This document shows positions 28,829-36,236 of a stretch of DNA of 64,000 bases, piece by piece; within the stretch, counting starts at the first letter, position 1; each line of letters starts with the position of its first letter. The notes beneath the pieces are model-generated. The model saw nothing but the letters and a program-made list of their open reading frames with translations. It ran no database searches and had not been told where the DNA came from. Origin of the DNA: a virus; IMG/VR virus record IMGVR_UViG_3300047546_001659, positions 54,012 through 118,011 of that record, one strand, 5' to 3'. A program made the position numbers and the translations under genes.

Positions 28829-29185
28829 TTAAGTGTTCAACTGTTTTTCTTCAATAATCCCTTGTAAATCTTGATGAGCTTGTGGTGTCAATGAAATTAT
28901 TTTTTGTGCCAGATCTTGGAAGTCATGATTTAAATTTTTTGTTGAATAAATCATAGCCTTCAATGCTTCTTCTACAAATACAATATACTTGACATTATCT
29001 TCGTCAGGTTTTACTGTAATTCCATATGAAGATAATACTGAGAAAGCTGCTTCCATAACATCTGAACAAACTTCGTCACAATAATCGCGTCTTACGTTTT
29101 CAATATGCTCATAAGATTGTTCAAGAGAAACTGGGAAATTTTTATCATCAATTTTTTTGGGAAACTCTAATATGTTATCCATCAC
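28829..29185 (-). CDS. hypothetical protein
   Basis: ORF with NILEFP N-terminus. Confidence 0.55.
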   Translation of the reverse strand: MMDNILEFPKKIDDKNFPVSLEQSYEHIENVRRDYCDEVCSDVMEAAFSVLSSYGITVKPDEDNVKYIVFVEEALKAMIYSTKNLNHDFQDLAQKIISLTPQAHQDLQGIIEEKQLNT

Positions 29186-29199
29186 TCTGCCGTGTTAGA

Positions 29200-29237
29200 G
29201 GGGCATACACATTTATTTATGGTTTTGTGTATGCCCC
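29200..29237. promoter_or_regulatory. 12-bp hairpin with late-promoter-like CATAAATA (minus strand) in its loop
   Basis: GGGGCATACACA (29200-29211) / TGTGTATGCCCC (29226-29237). Confidence 0.6.
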
Positions 29238-29243
29238 ATAATA

Positions 29244-30359
29244 TCATTTAATGACCCTAAGCAGAATCATGTTTGTATTAATACGGTCTGAAAAGTTGGT
29301 GGGTTCAGATTTAATTTCTTCCATTAGTTTACGAAGAACAATCTTACCACCGTTAAGAACTTTCTTAACATACTCTTCAGGTTTACGTCCAATGCGTTTT
29401 GTCAAGGAAGCATCGCTATCATAGCCATCAATGCTAGCGCGCCGTATATTGAGACCAGAAGGCCCACGAGCCCTGAAAACACTAAGAGTTTTAGACTTAG
29501 TGTTAAAACACCAGAGTTCTTGAGAGCCAATAATCGTTGCGGGGTCACACGATTGTAGTTTATACTCATTGCTTTCTTTCTGATACTGGAAATGTTTCAA
29601 GAGTTTTTCGGTAGTAGGAGCTTTCTTCTTACGAGGAGCACGAGCCTTCTTCACATTACCTGCAAAGCGTTCGCAGTCTTCGATAAGCTTAGCGACATAT
29701 GCTAACTTAGCTTTTAGTTGAGGTTTCGAATAGTGAGTGTAGCCCTCATTACTCTCGGTATAAGCATAAGCATACTCATCACGAAGAGGCTTATAGTAAT
29801 CAGCGATTTTATTGGAATGCTGTGCTGGAATCTCATTTTTCTGTAACCACTCATAAATGTTGACTTGTTCACCGGAATCGAGAATAGCTTCTATATCCCC
29901 AATAATATCAGAGACACGTTCCCTGATACGTTCTTGAATATTAGGCTTGACTTTAGGTTCAGAAGGTTTCTCTTCTACCTCTTCACCAAAGCCAGAAGCA
30001 TCCTTAATATCATCATTAACACGAACCAAATCATTTGCTTGTAATTCTTCTTTGCGATTAGTAGCAATACGACAAAGCCAAGCAGATGTCAAAGGAACAC
30101 GCTTATCAGGAATACGATCAATAATCTTGATCATGTTCTTGTCATTTTTAAAATAGTCTTTTAGATATTGTCTAGCCTCATTGTTATCACACATGTAATT
30201 ATACCATGTGAAAGCACGAACCAGATCAATATTAGTCTCTATCTTGTCAGCCTTAGGTTCGTCACCCAAATACTTCCAATTGACTAAATATGTTTCACTC
30301 TTTGTTGAACGTTTGGTCTTAGGTTTCTTTGACTTTACACTAAGTAGTGATTTAGCCAT
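29244..30359 (-). CDS. conserved T4-like hypothetical protein
   Basis: YLGDEP, WYNY, PNIQERI, IIGSQELWCFNTK, RKPEE, RIN motifs. Confidence 0.65.
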   Translation of the reverse strand: MAKSLLSVKSKKPKTKRSTKSETYLVNWKYLGDEPKADKIETNIDLVRAFTWYNYMCDNNEARQYLKDYFKNDKNMIKIIDRIPDKRVPLTSAWLCRIATNRKEELQANDLVRVNDDIKDASGFGEEVEEKPSEPKVKPNIQERIRERVSDIIGDIEAILDSGEQVNIYEWLQKNEIPAQHSNKIADYYKPLRDEYAYAYTESNEGYTHYSKPQLKAKLAYVAKLIEDCERFAGNVKKARAPRKKKAPTTEKLLKHFQYQKESNEYKLQSCDPATIIGSQELWCFNTKSKTLSVFRARGPSGLNIRRASIDGYDSDASLTKRIGRKPEEYVKKVLNGGKIVLRKLMEEIKSEPTNFSDRINTNMILLRVIK

Positions 30360-30567
30360 TCAATTTCTCCAAACGATCTAAAATGTCATTTATAAGATCT
30401 ATTTTATCTTTAGCGGCTGACTTACGACCATTATAAAAACCAGACGAGTAGTCATGCATATTATACCAATCAGGCATTGGTTCATCTGCAAGAACCTTAT
30501 AGGAATGAGCGAGTGTCTGCAGATATTCTCTTAAATTTTCAATCTTCAACTCTTCTACTAAATCCAT
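30352..30567 (-). CDS. small early hypothetical protein
   Basis: GAGG RBS; early gene chain. Confidence 0.55.
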   Translation of the reverse strand: MDLVEELKIENLREYLQTLAHSYKVLADEPMPDWYNMHDYSSGFYNGRKSAAKDKIDLINDILDRLEKLNG

Positions 30568-30576
30568 AATAACCTC

Positions 30577-30870
30577 TCAATCACAAGATGTCCAGCGTGA
30601 GCAGGCAGCATAATGTTCACCGTTTAAATATACAAAGCTAGCACGACCATTATAACCCATACGAGTAGCTTCAGTATAGTCTTCACAATACTGTTTACAC
30701 TCTTCTAATGTATCAAATGGTCCAATGTAATAGTCTAGTATACCACCTGATACCTTTTCATTATACACACCAACTTCTTTACCATTGGCTAGTTTCTTTG
30801 CATAATTAAGTTGCAAATTAATTTGCATACACATCTTCCCCATTAATGAATCTGTGTGCTGTGTAATCAC
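30577..30870 (-). CDS. small early hypothetical protein (start uncertain)
   Basis: ORF in chain; C-terminal RWTSCD. Confidence 0.45.
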   Translation of the reverse strand: MITQHTDSLMGKMCMQINLQLNYAKKLANGKEVGVYNEKVSGGILDYYIGPFDTLEECKQYCEDYTEATRMGYNGRASFVYLNGEHYAACSRWTSCD

Positions 30871-31096
30871 AGATTGAGGCTCTACAATGTTTTATATTAT
30901 CTGATCCAGGGAAAAATGTCAACACATACCCGCCTGTAGAGACACAGGTTGAATCGAAATTACTATGCTGTGATGCAACCCAACGCATCCAATCATATAC
31001 ATCTTTCCAACCAGTAAACTTATCATGAAGGGCGTCATTCATCTTATACACAGCCATTGCTGTTCGCTTGAATGAGATATCATCTATTTCTAACAT
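30818..31096 (-). CDS. small early hypothetical protein
   Basis: ORF in chain; STGGY motif. Confidence 0.55.
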   Translation of the reverse strand: MLEIDDISFKRTAMAVYKMNDALHDKFTGWKDVYDWMRWVASQHSNFDSTCVSTGGYVLTFFPGSDNIKHCRASICDYTAHRFINGEDVYAN

Positions 31097-31097
31097 A

Positions 31098-31292
31098 TCA
31101 CTTCACCATCACTGAACGAATGTAACCATCTTTATCTACAGACTGAGATTTAAGCTTCCAGCCTTCTTCGACTAGCAAGTCAATACGCTTACGAACATAG
31201 TTACGATTCTTGCTAGTAACTACATACTGATCGATATAGTTCTGCTGCATACGAAAGTAATCTTCTGCTAATGCTAAAACGTGATTGCTCAT
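31098..31292 (-). CDS. small early hypothetical protein
   Basis: ORF in chain. Confidence 0.55.
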   Translation of the reverse strand: MSNHVLALAEDYFRMQQNYIDQYVVTSKNRNYVRKRIDLLVEEGWKLKSQSVDKDGYIRSVMVK

Positions 31293-31293
31293 A

Positions 31294-31557
31294 TTAAGCT
31301 ACCTTCTTCTTTTCCATTTTATATTCGAGTTCTTTTGATAGAATATACTTTGCGATATTCATCAACTTACGAGATTGATCTTTAGCACGTTCCACATTAC
31401 CATATTCAAGAACATGCTGCGCGTCAGAAAGAATTGACATAACTGTCATCTCAATCCCTGACATCATCGTGGTAAAGCTCTTAATATACTCTTGCTCAAT
31501 CTGCCCTTTAGACATACCGAACATCTGAAATTCTTCGTCTGTCATTTCTTTCTCCAT
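31294..31557 (-). CDS. small early hypothetical protein
   Basis: Directly below a repeated early promoter with GGAG RBS. Confidence 0.6.
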   Translation of the reverse strand: MEKEMTDEEFQMFGMSKGQIEQEYIKSFTTMMSGIEMTVMSILSDAQHVLEYGNVERAKDQSRKLMNIAKYILSKELEYKMEKKKVA

Positions 31558-31595
31558 TCCTTATATTATTAATATACGGTATTTTGAAAATAATG

Positions 31596-31703
31596 TCACG
31601 CTTTATCTGTGATGAGCTCATACAAAGTTGTTATAGCCAGGATACCAAATCCTAATATAAAGACCCATTGATATGTAGAAATGATTGTAAGAATTGTGTC
31701 CAT
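31596..31703 (-). CDS. 35-aa single-TM early protein (absent from ORF track)
   Basis: MDTILTIISTYQWVFILGFGILAITTLYELITDKA*; own promoter copy and GGAG RBS. Confidence 0.6.
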   Translation of the reverse strand: MDTILTIISTYQWVFILGFGILAITTLYELITDKA

Positions 31704-31773
31704 TTGTTTTCTCTCCATTCCTTATAATATTAATATACGGTATTTTGAAAATAAAAGCCACATAAAAATTATC

Positions 31774-31907
31774 GTTATTTTTCAATGGGTTAGCCGGGAA
31801 CCTATTTTAACCCCTTGTTTTTATTGAGATTTTTTGGTCAAAAAAAGCTGTTATTTTTCAATAACTTAGCAAAAAAGCTAACCCATTGAAATCATTAGCT
31901 TTTTTTT
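31774..31907. repeat. inverted/direct repeat block between the divergent promoters
   Basis: 15-bp inverted repeat TTTCAATGGGTTAGC (31780-31794) / GCTAACCCATTGAAA (31877-31891); direct repeat GTTATTTTTCAAT at 31774 and 31850. Confidence 0.8.
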
Positions 31908-31969
31908 CTGTTGCTATTTTTTTCAAAATACCGTATATTATTAATATGATGAAACGAAAGGAAAAATAT

Positions 31970-32113
31970 ATGCCAGATTTTATTCATAATATTCTATATA
32001 CATTTACACCTAAATTTCATCTTTTTTACATGGATTCTACTTGCGAATCAATGGTCTATAACTATAACACAAACTTCTTCAAAATCTTAAAAGAATATAT
32101 GGCAATCAAATAA
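31970..32113 (+). CDS. small early hypothetical protein
   Basis: AAGGA RBS then MPDFIH; follows a promoter copy. Confidence 0.45.
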   Translation: MPDFIHNILYTFTPKFHLFYMDSTCESMVYNYNTNFFKILKEYMAIK

Positions 32114-32172
32114 AAAGGTTGCTATTATTTTCAAAAGATCGTATTATAATAATATGATGAATGGAGGTAGTA

Positions 32173-32391
32173 ATGAGTAATAATGACGTTGAATTGACTA
32201 TTGAGCAGATTCGTTTTGCTTTGTCTCAGATGGAACTTAATTATAGCTTAGCTATTGATTCTGAGGCATATGGTCTTGCTAATGCTTTTTCCTCTAAGAT
32301 TGATCGTCTTAGGGAAATGCTTATCAATTTAATTCAGATTCAGGACCAATATACATCTGAAGCAGATGCTCGTTACTTTGAAGGAGTCTAA
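32173..32391 (+). CDS. small early hypothetical protein
   Basis: GGAGG RBS then MSNND. Confidence 0.6.
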   Translation: MSNNDVELTIEQIRFALSQMELNYSLAIDSEAYGLANAFSSKIDRLREMLINLIQIQDQYTSEADARYFEGV

Positions 32392-32394
32392 AAT

Positions 32395-32544
32395 ATGATT
32401 AAAACTTTTACCGGTCAACCTCGCTATTGCGTGAAACGTCTTCGTGACCTTCATGGTCAGGGATATAAGATTATACGTTCACACAAGCATCCTGATGGGT
32501 CTGAGACCTATGTAATGGAATATGTTGGAAGGAATAAAACATGA
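32395..32544 (+). CDS. 49-aa early protein (absent from ORF track)
   Basis: AGGAG RBS; MIKTFTGQPRYCVKRLRDLHGQGYKIIRSHKHPDGSETYVMEYVGRNKT*. Confidence 0.6.
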   Translation: MIKTFTGQPRYCVKRLRDLHGQGYKIIRSHKHPDGSETYVMEYVGRNKT

Positions 32545-32714
32545 CTATGAAACTCGATCCAAGATTTGACCATCACGTCATTGTTGAGTTTAAAGATGGT
32601 CGCAAATTTGTCAGACAAAATCTATCTAAGAAAAAAGCAACCTCTGAAATAGATCGGTATCTAAGAGATAGATTGATTCTGGGTATTAAAAGTGTTAAAA
32701 TGGGATCTAAGTAA
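32541..32714 (+). CDS. 57-aa early protein (absent from ORF track)
   Basis: ATGA overlap with previous gene, AAGGA RBS; MTMKLDPRFDHHVIVEFKDGRKF... Confidence 0.55.
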   Translation: MTMKLDPRFDHHVIVEFKDGRKFVRQNLSKKKATSEIDRYLRDRLILGIKSVKMGSK

Positions 32715-32728
32715 GATCCCATTTTTTT
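32696..32728. terminator. bidirectional intrinsic terminator
   Basis: AAAATGGGATCT-AAGTA-AGATCCCATTTTTTT between convergent genes. Confidence 0.75.
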
Positions 32729-33657
32729 TATACTAAAGAATTGAGCAGAGCTTCCCACTCTTGCTTTCTTCTATCCCATCCATAAAAATAATCAAAATAT
32801 TGTTTTTGAAACTCAAGGTAGGCATCAGGCTGACCTTGAGTGTTTCTTATAGTATTAATAGCATGCTCTAGTGTATGTGCAAATTGTACAGCATGAGCAT
32901 TTTTATTTTCATTCCATGGATACATCATTGCAAAATTAGCACAGGTCTCTGGAAGAGCGGCATAGTTAGGGCATACAACCAAATTCATTGCTGACATAGC
33001 CTCGATTACTGAGAGGCAGCTCGTCTCTGGCCAAATGCTGGGGTAAGCATAGATATGTGATTTCTTAAGAGCCTCTCTAACCTCTTCATTAGGTACAGCA
33101 CCATGATAGGTTATCTGAGGATGCGTTTTACATCTTTCAAATATTGGTTTGTAAGGTTCATCTTGAATACTCCAACCATAAATGCTAAAAGATGAATATA
33201 CATCAAGATGAATATCTTTATGTTTGTTGGCTAATTCAATAAAAACAGGAATTAATATCTCTAATCCACGATGTGGGGTTGTATGATATATTAACCGAAT
33301 TGTTCCATCAAACGGTTTAGTTTCTATCTCTATTGGGTGTATTGCATTTTTTATAACAATAGCTTCACTATAAGGTACGTTGGTTACCAAATTATATAGA
33401 TTCATTTGATAATCAGAAACACAAACAATCTTATCAAATCGTTTACGTGAATTTGGATCTTTCAAATGTTCTGATTCAGTATCAAATGGTAGATCATGAA
33501 GCCAGAGAATATGCTTCTTACCTTCTTGCAACTCTCTAACTCTAGAAGGTATGATTTGAAATTTATCTAATAAATCAGCAGGCAAGGAACTATGAAGACG
33601 TTCCTGCATCAACTCGGTGCCACCCCGAGCGTTTCTATTTAATTCATTCTTTTCCAT
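32728..33657 (-). CDS. GT-B glycosyltransferase (GT4/Glycos_transf_1-like)
   Basis: GGTE, LWLHD, YHTTPHRGL, YPSIWPETSCLSVIEAM. Confidence 0.85.
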   Translation of the reverse strand: MEKNELNRNARGGTELMQERLHSSLPADLLDKFQIIPSRVRELQEGKKHILWLHDLPFDTESEHLKDPNSRKRFDKIVCVSDYQMNLYNLVTNVPYSEAIVIKNAIHPIEIETKPFDGTIRLIYHTTPHRGLEILIPVFIELANKHKDIHLDVYSSFSIYGWSIQDEPYKPIFERCKTHPQITYHGAVPNEEVREALKKSHIYAYPSIWPETSCLSVIEAMSAMNLVVCPNYAALPETCANFAMMYPWNENKNAHAVQFAHTLEHAINTIRNTQGQPDAYLEFQKQYFDYFYGWDRRKQEWEALLNSLV

Positions 33658-33684
33658 AACAAATCCATAATAAAAAAATCAATC

Positions 33685-34017
33685 TTATTTTTTAAAGATT
33701 GATCCTGGTAAATTTAATTTAACTTTTTCATCTTGAAGACCGATAAGGGTACGGGCTGCAAAAGAAATAACACTCCAAGCACAAAAACCCAAAGCCACAG
33801 AAGCAGCTAAAAGATTATCAGAAGTTATATGCCACTGCATCCATTCTAAAAAAATAGGTGCAAATACAACTGCTGCTAAAACACTAAGTCCTGATCTAAT
33901 GGCTGCATCCCAAACATTACAAGGTGTATAAAAAACCATGAATGATACTCCACCAATAAGTCCGCCTAGACCGGATAATAATTTAGCCATGAGCGGTGTA
34001 GATATTGGGTCTGACAT
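33685..34017 (-). CDS. multi-TM membrane protein, holin candidate
   Basis: About 3 hydrophobic helices and a basic C-terminus. Confidence 0.45.
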   Translation of the reverse strand: MSDPISTPLMAKLLSGLGGLIGGVSFMVFYTPCNVWDAAIRSGLSVLAAVVFAPIFLEWMQWHITSDNLLAASVALGFCAWSVISFAARTLIGLQDEKVKLNLPGSIFKK

Positions 34018-34055
34018 CGTTTTTCCTAGGTATTAAATTATAGGTATTATAAGAT

Positions 34056-34301
34056 TTATTTATGAATACTAATAATTGAATCAAATCTGAAAGAACGCCA
34101 ACCTTCTTTATCTACATCCCATACTGAAACAACATTCTCATTTATCTTTTTTTCACGATCAGTTTTCTTTTCGTGAGGTTTAATAAGATCATCCATGAGA
34201 GTACATTTCATTTCTCTCTCAGAACCATCTGTCTTAGTAAATTTAACATTTACAATACTAGACTGAAGCATATGCATTATGGTTGATTTAGATAGCTCCA
34301 T
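34056..34301 (-). CDS. WYL_2/Sm-like protein conserved in T4-like phages
   Basis: VKFTKTDGSEREMKCTL..VWDVDKEGWRSFR. Confidence 0.75.
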   Translation of the reverse strand: MELSKSTIMHMLQSSIVNVKFTKTDGSEREMKCTLMDDLIKPHEKKTDREKKINENVVSVWDVDKEGWRSFRFDSIISIHK

Positions 34302-34539
34302 CACCAAAGCCTCCTGATGTTTCTTCAAGATAGGCTTTGAGCTCTTCATAACCCCCAATACGTTTACCGTCTACAACAACAATGGGAACGGTTCTCACAC
34401 CAGGAAACATCTCTGTTATTTCATTGATACCAATATCTTCACCAACATTTAAATAACTATAATTCAATCCATATTGATTTAATATTTGCTTTGCTGCAAC
34501 ACACCAATTGCAATTATGTTTTCCGTATACTTCAATCAT
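34288..34539 (-). CDS. nrdC: glutaredoxin
   Basis: CNWC, RTVP, IGGY. Confidence 0.9.
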   Translation of the reverse strand: MIEVYGKHNCNWCVAAKQILNQYGLNYSYLNVGEDIGINEITEMFPGVRTVPIVVVDGKRIGGYEELKAYLEETSGGFGDGAI

Positions 34540-34819
34540 TTGATGTCCTTATTCCTACTTCTTTATCAGATCTCTTCCAAGGACCAAATGCAGCAGGGTG
34601 ATTTCCTTCTACACGAATGAATGGTTTATTTGTTTCATTCTTATTAGGATTAGGTATAGTAACCATTGTACGTCTACCCTTAGCCCATTGTTTAAGTTGA
34701 GCTTGCATCTTGTCTACAAATGTGCGATCGCGTTTCATAGCTTTAACTGTTTCTCTAGAAACACTTCCGTATTTACCTTTAGAAACATATGTCTTTCTTT
34801 TACTCGCTGCCATAATCAA
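34532..34819 (-). CDS. conserved hypothetical basic protein
   Basis: YVSKG..W.KG..TIPNPN.NETNKPFIRV. Confidence 0.6.
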   Translation of the reverse strand: MIMAASKRKTYVSKGKYGSVSRETVKAMKRDRTFVDKMQAQLKQWAKGRRTMVTIPNPNKNETNKPFIRVEGNHPAAFGPWKRSDKEVGIRTSND

Positions 34820-35037
34820 TCATCCTCTGAAACTTCAAGAATATTTTTTTCAATTGTACTCAGGCAAACAATGCATTTAAAATAAACCATGCTTGCCTGA
34901 GGATTTCTACCATTCATTGCAAAGTTTGTGAGAACTAAAGATCTATTACCAGAACCACATTTGGGGCAACTGCCTATCACAACAGGAACATTGCTACCTG
35001 GTTCTGCACAGACCTTTATATCATCACTTTTTTGCAT
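34816..35037 (-). CDS. zinc-ribbon protein
   Basis: CPKC..CIVC. Confidence 0.5.
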   Translation of the reverse strand: MQKSDDIKVCAEPGSNVPVVIGSCPKCGSGNRSLVLTNFAMNGRNPQASMVYFKCIVCLSTIEKNILEVSEDD

Positions 35038-35293
35038 TCTTTTTTGTCGTCTTTGCTTTTACTTTTTCTGCAGTTGCTTTAGCTTTTGTTTTTACAGCCT
35101 TAACTGCTTTTTGTTCTGCAGCTACTGCACCTGCAATTGCTTCAGTAACTTTAGCTTCTACTTCTTTAAGTTCTGCTGATACTGCTTTTTCTACTTTTAC
35201 TGCTTCTGTCTTAACAACTTCAGCTGCTTTGTTTACTTCAGTCTTAACTTCATTAAGGCCAATTCCAAAAAATTCTTTAAGCCAATTCAACAT
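35024..35293 (-). CDS. Lys/Ala-rich small protein
   Basis: Amphipathic N-terminus WLKEFFG, histone-like tail. Confidence 0.55.
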   Translation of the reverse strand: MLNWLKEFFGIGLNEVKTEVNKAAEVVKTEAVKVEKAVSAELKEVEAKVTEAIAGAVAAEQKAVKAVKTKAKATAEKVKAKTTKKNAKK

Positions 35294-35834
35294 TTTTTAA
35301 CTCCTGTTCATATCCATATTTACAAATAAAATAACTGTCAATAATGTCAGAAGAAGGATTCCATTGCTTATCTGTTAATCCTAGCTTCTTTTTAATATTA
35401 TAGCCAGTGGTTTCTTCGAATACATCCTGTAATAATTGTTTGTTGGCATTACCTTTGCCAGTAGCAGACTTCTTAATTACAGTAGGTGGAACTATATAAT
35501 AATCATAACACCACCTGAATAAAAAGTGTTTAAGTAACCCAGCATTCTCGGCTATGTTAAACACCTTACCTATTGATCCCATTGAGTAACCTTCCATATA
35601 CACTTTGGCACCCTCTGGAATCTTTGACATTGCCCATTTAGCAATGTTATAGTGTCTTTGTTCTTCACTATAATAATCATCGTGTAAATCACCTTGTATG
35701 TTATCAAAATCTACATCAAGTTTTTTACTACTTGTAAGATAATAAAATTTACACTTTGAGAATCCAAAACTATTAGAATCACAAACGCAAATACAAGGTG
35801 ATGTTAAACTATAATCAATTCCTACGATAATCAT
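35277..35834 (-). CDS. RuvC-like Holliday junction resolvase
   Basis: VGIDYSLTSP, MEGYS, AENAG, PTVIKK.ATGKGNANK, DIIDSY. Confidence 0.8.
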   Translation of the reverse strand: MIIVGIDYSLTSPCICVCDSNSFGFSKCKFYYLTSSKKLDVDFDNIQGDLHDDYYSEEQRHYNIAKWAMSKIPEGAKVYMEGYSMGSIGKVFNIAENAGLLKHFLFRWCYDYYIVPPTVIKKSATGKGNANKQLLQDVFEETTGYNIKKKLGLTDKQWNPSSDIIDSYFICKYGYEQELKNVELA

Positions 35835-36061
35835 TATTCATCATCATAATCAAAACCATCTTCATCTTCTTCATAAAGAGAATCATCTTCATCATCAGAT
35901 ACATAGGCTTCATATACATCATCAAATAATGGATCTTGGTTCAAACTTTCATCTGCATCATGAGTACCTACTAAATCAAACAATTTTTTATAAATTTCGG
36001 ATCTAGCATTTTCATCTTTAACAGTTTCTAGTAATACTTCAATTAGTGCATCCCAATCCAT
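35834..36061 (-). CDS. acidic hypothetical protein
   Basis: ORF with Asp/Glu tail. Confidence 0.55.
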   Translation of the reverse strand: MDWDALIEVLLETVKDENARSEIYKKLFDLVGTHDADESLNQDPLFDDVYEAYVSDDEDDSLYEEDEDGFDYDDE

Positions 36062-36236
36062 ATTTTTTATCCCTTAGTTGATTGATGATTATAATTCTCT
36101 GATCATCAGTATATATGCGCCATTTTTGAATCTGTTCTAAAGTCCTGCCACATCCTGTACAGACGTTTGTGGCAGGATCAATTTTACATAATTTAACACA
36201 GGGTGTTAGAATAACTCGCATCCACCACCTACACAA
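36039..36236 (-). CDS. DUF1289-like Cys-rich protein (start uncertain)
   Basis: PCVKLCKID..CTGCGRTLEQI..W. Confidence 0.75.
   Translation of the reverse strand: MCRWWMRVILTPCVKLCKIDPATNVCTGCGRTLEQIQKWRIYTDDQRIIIINQLRDKKYGLGCTN

Larger units (their letters stand above)
31558..32160. promoter_or_regulatory. four copies of a conserved early promoter, two leftward and two rightward
   Basis: Consensus (TTGCTA)TTATTTTCAAAATACCG-TATATT-A(T/A)TAATAT at about 31560-31599(-), 31720-31760(-), 31910-31947(+), 32119-32155(+). Confidence 0.8.

Noticed and set aside
31558-32160. Repeats as a CRISPR mini-array
   Set aside because: Copies are in both orientations, irregularly spaced, and each precedes an RBS and ORF, which fits promoters
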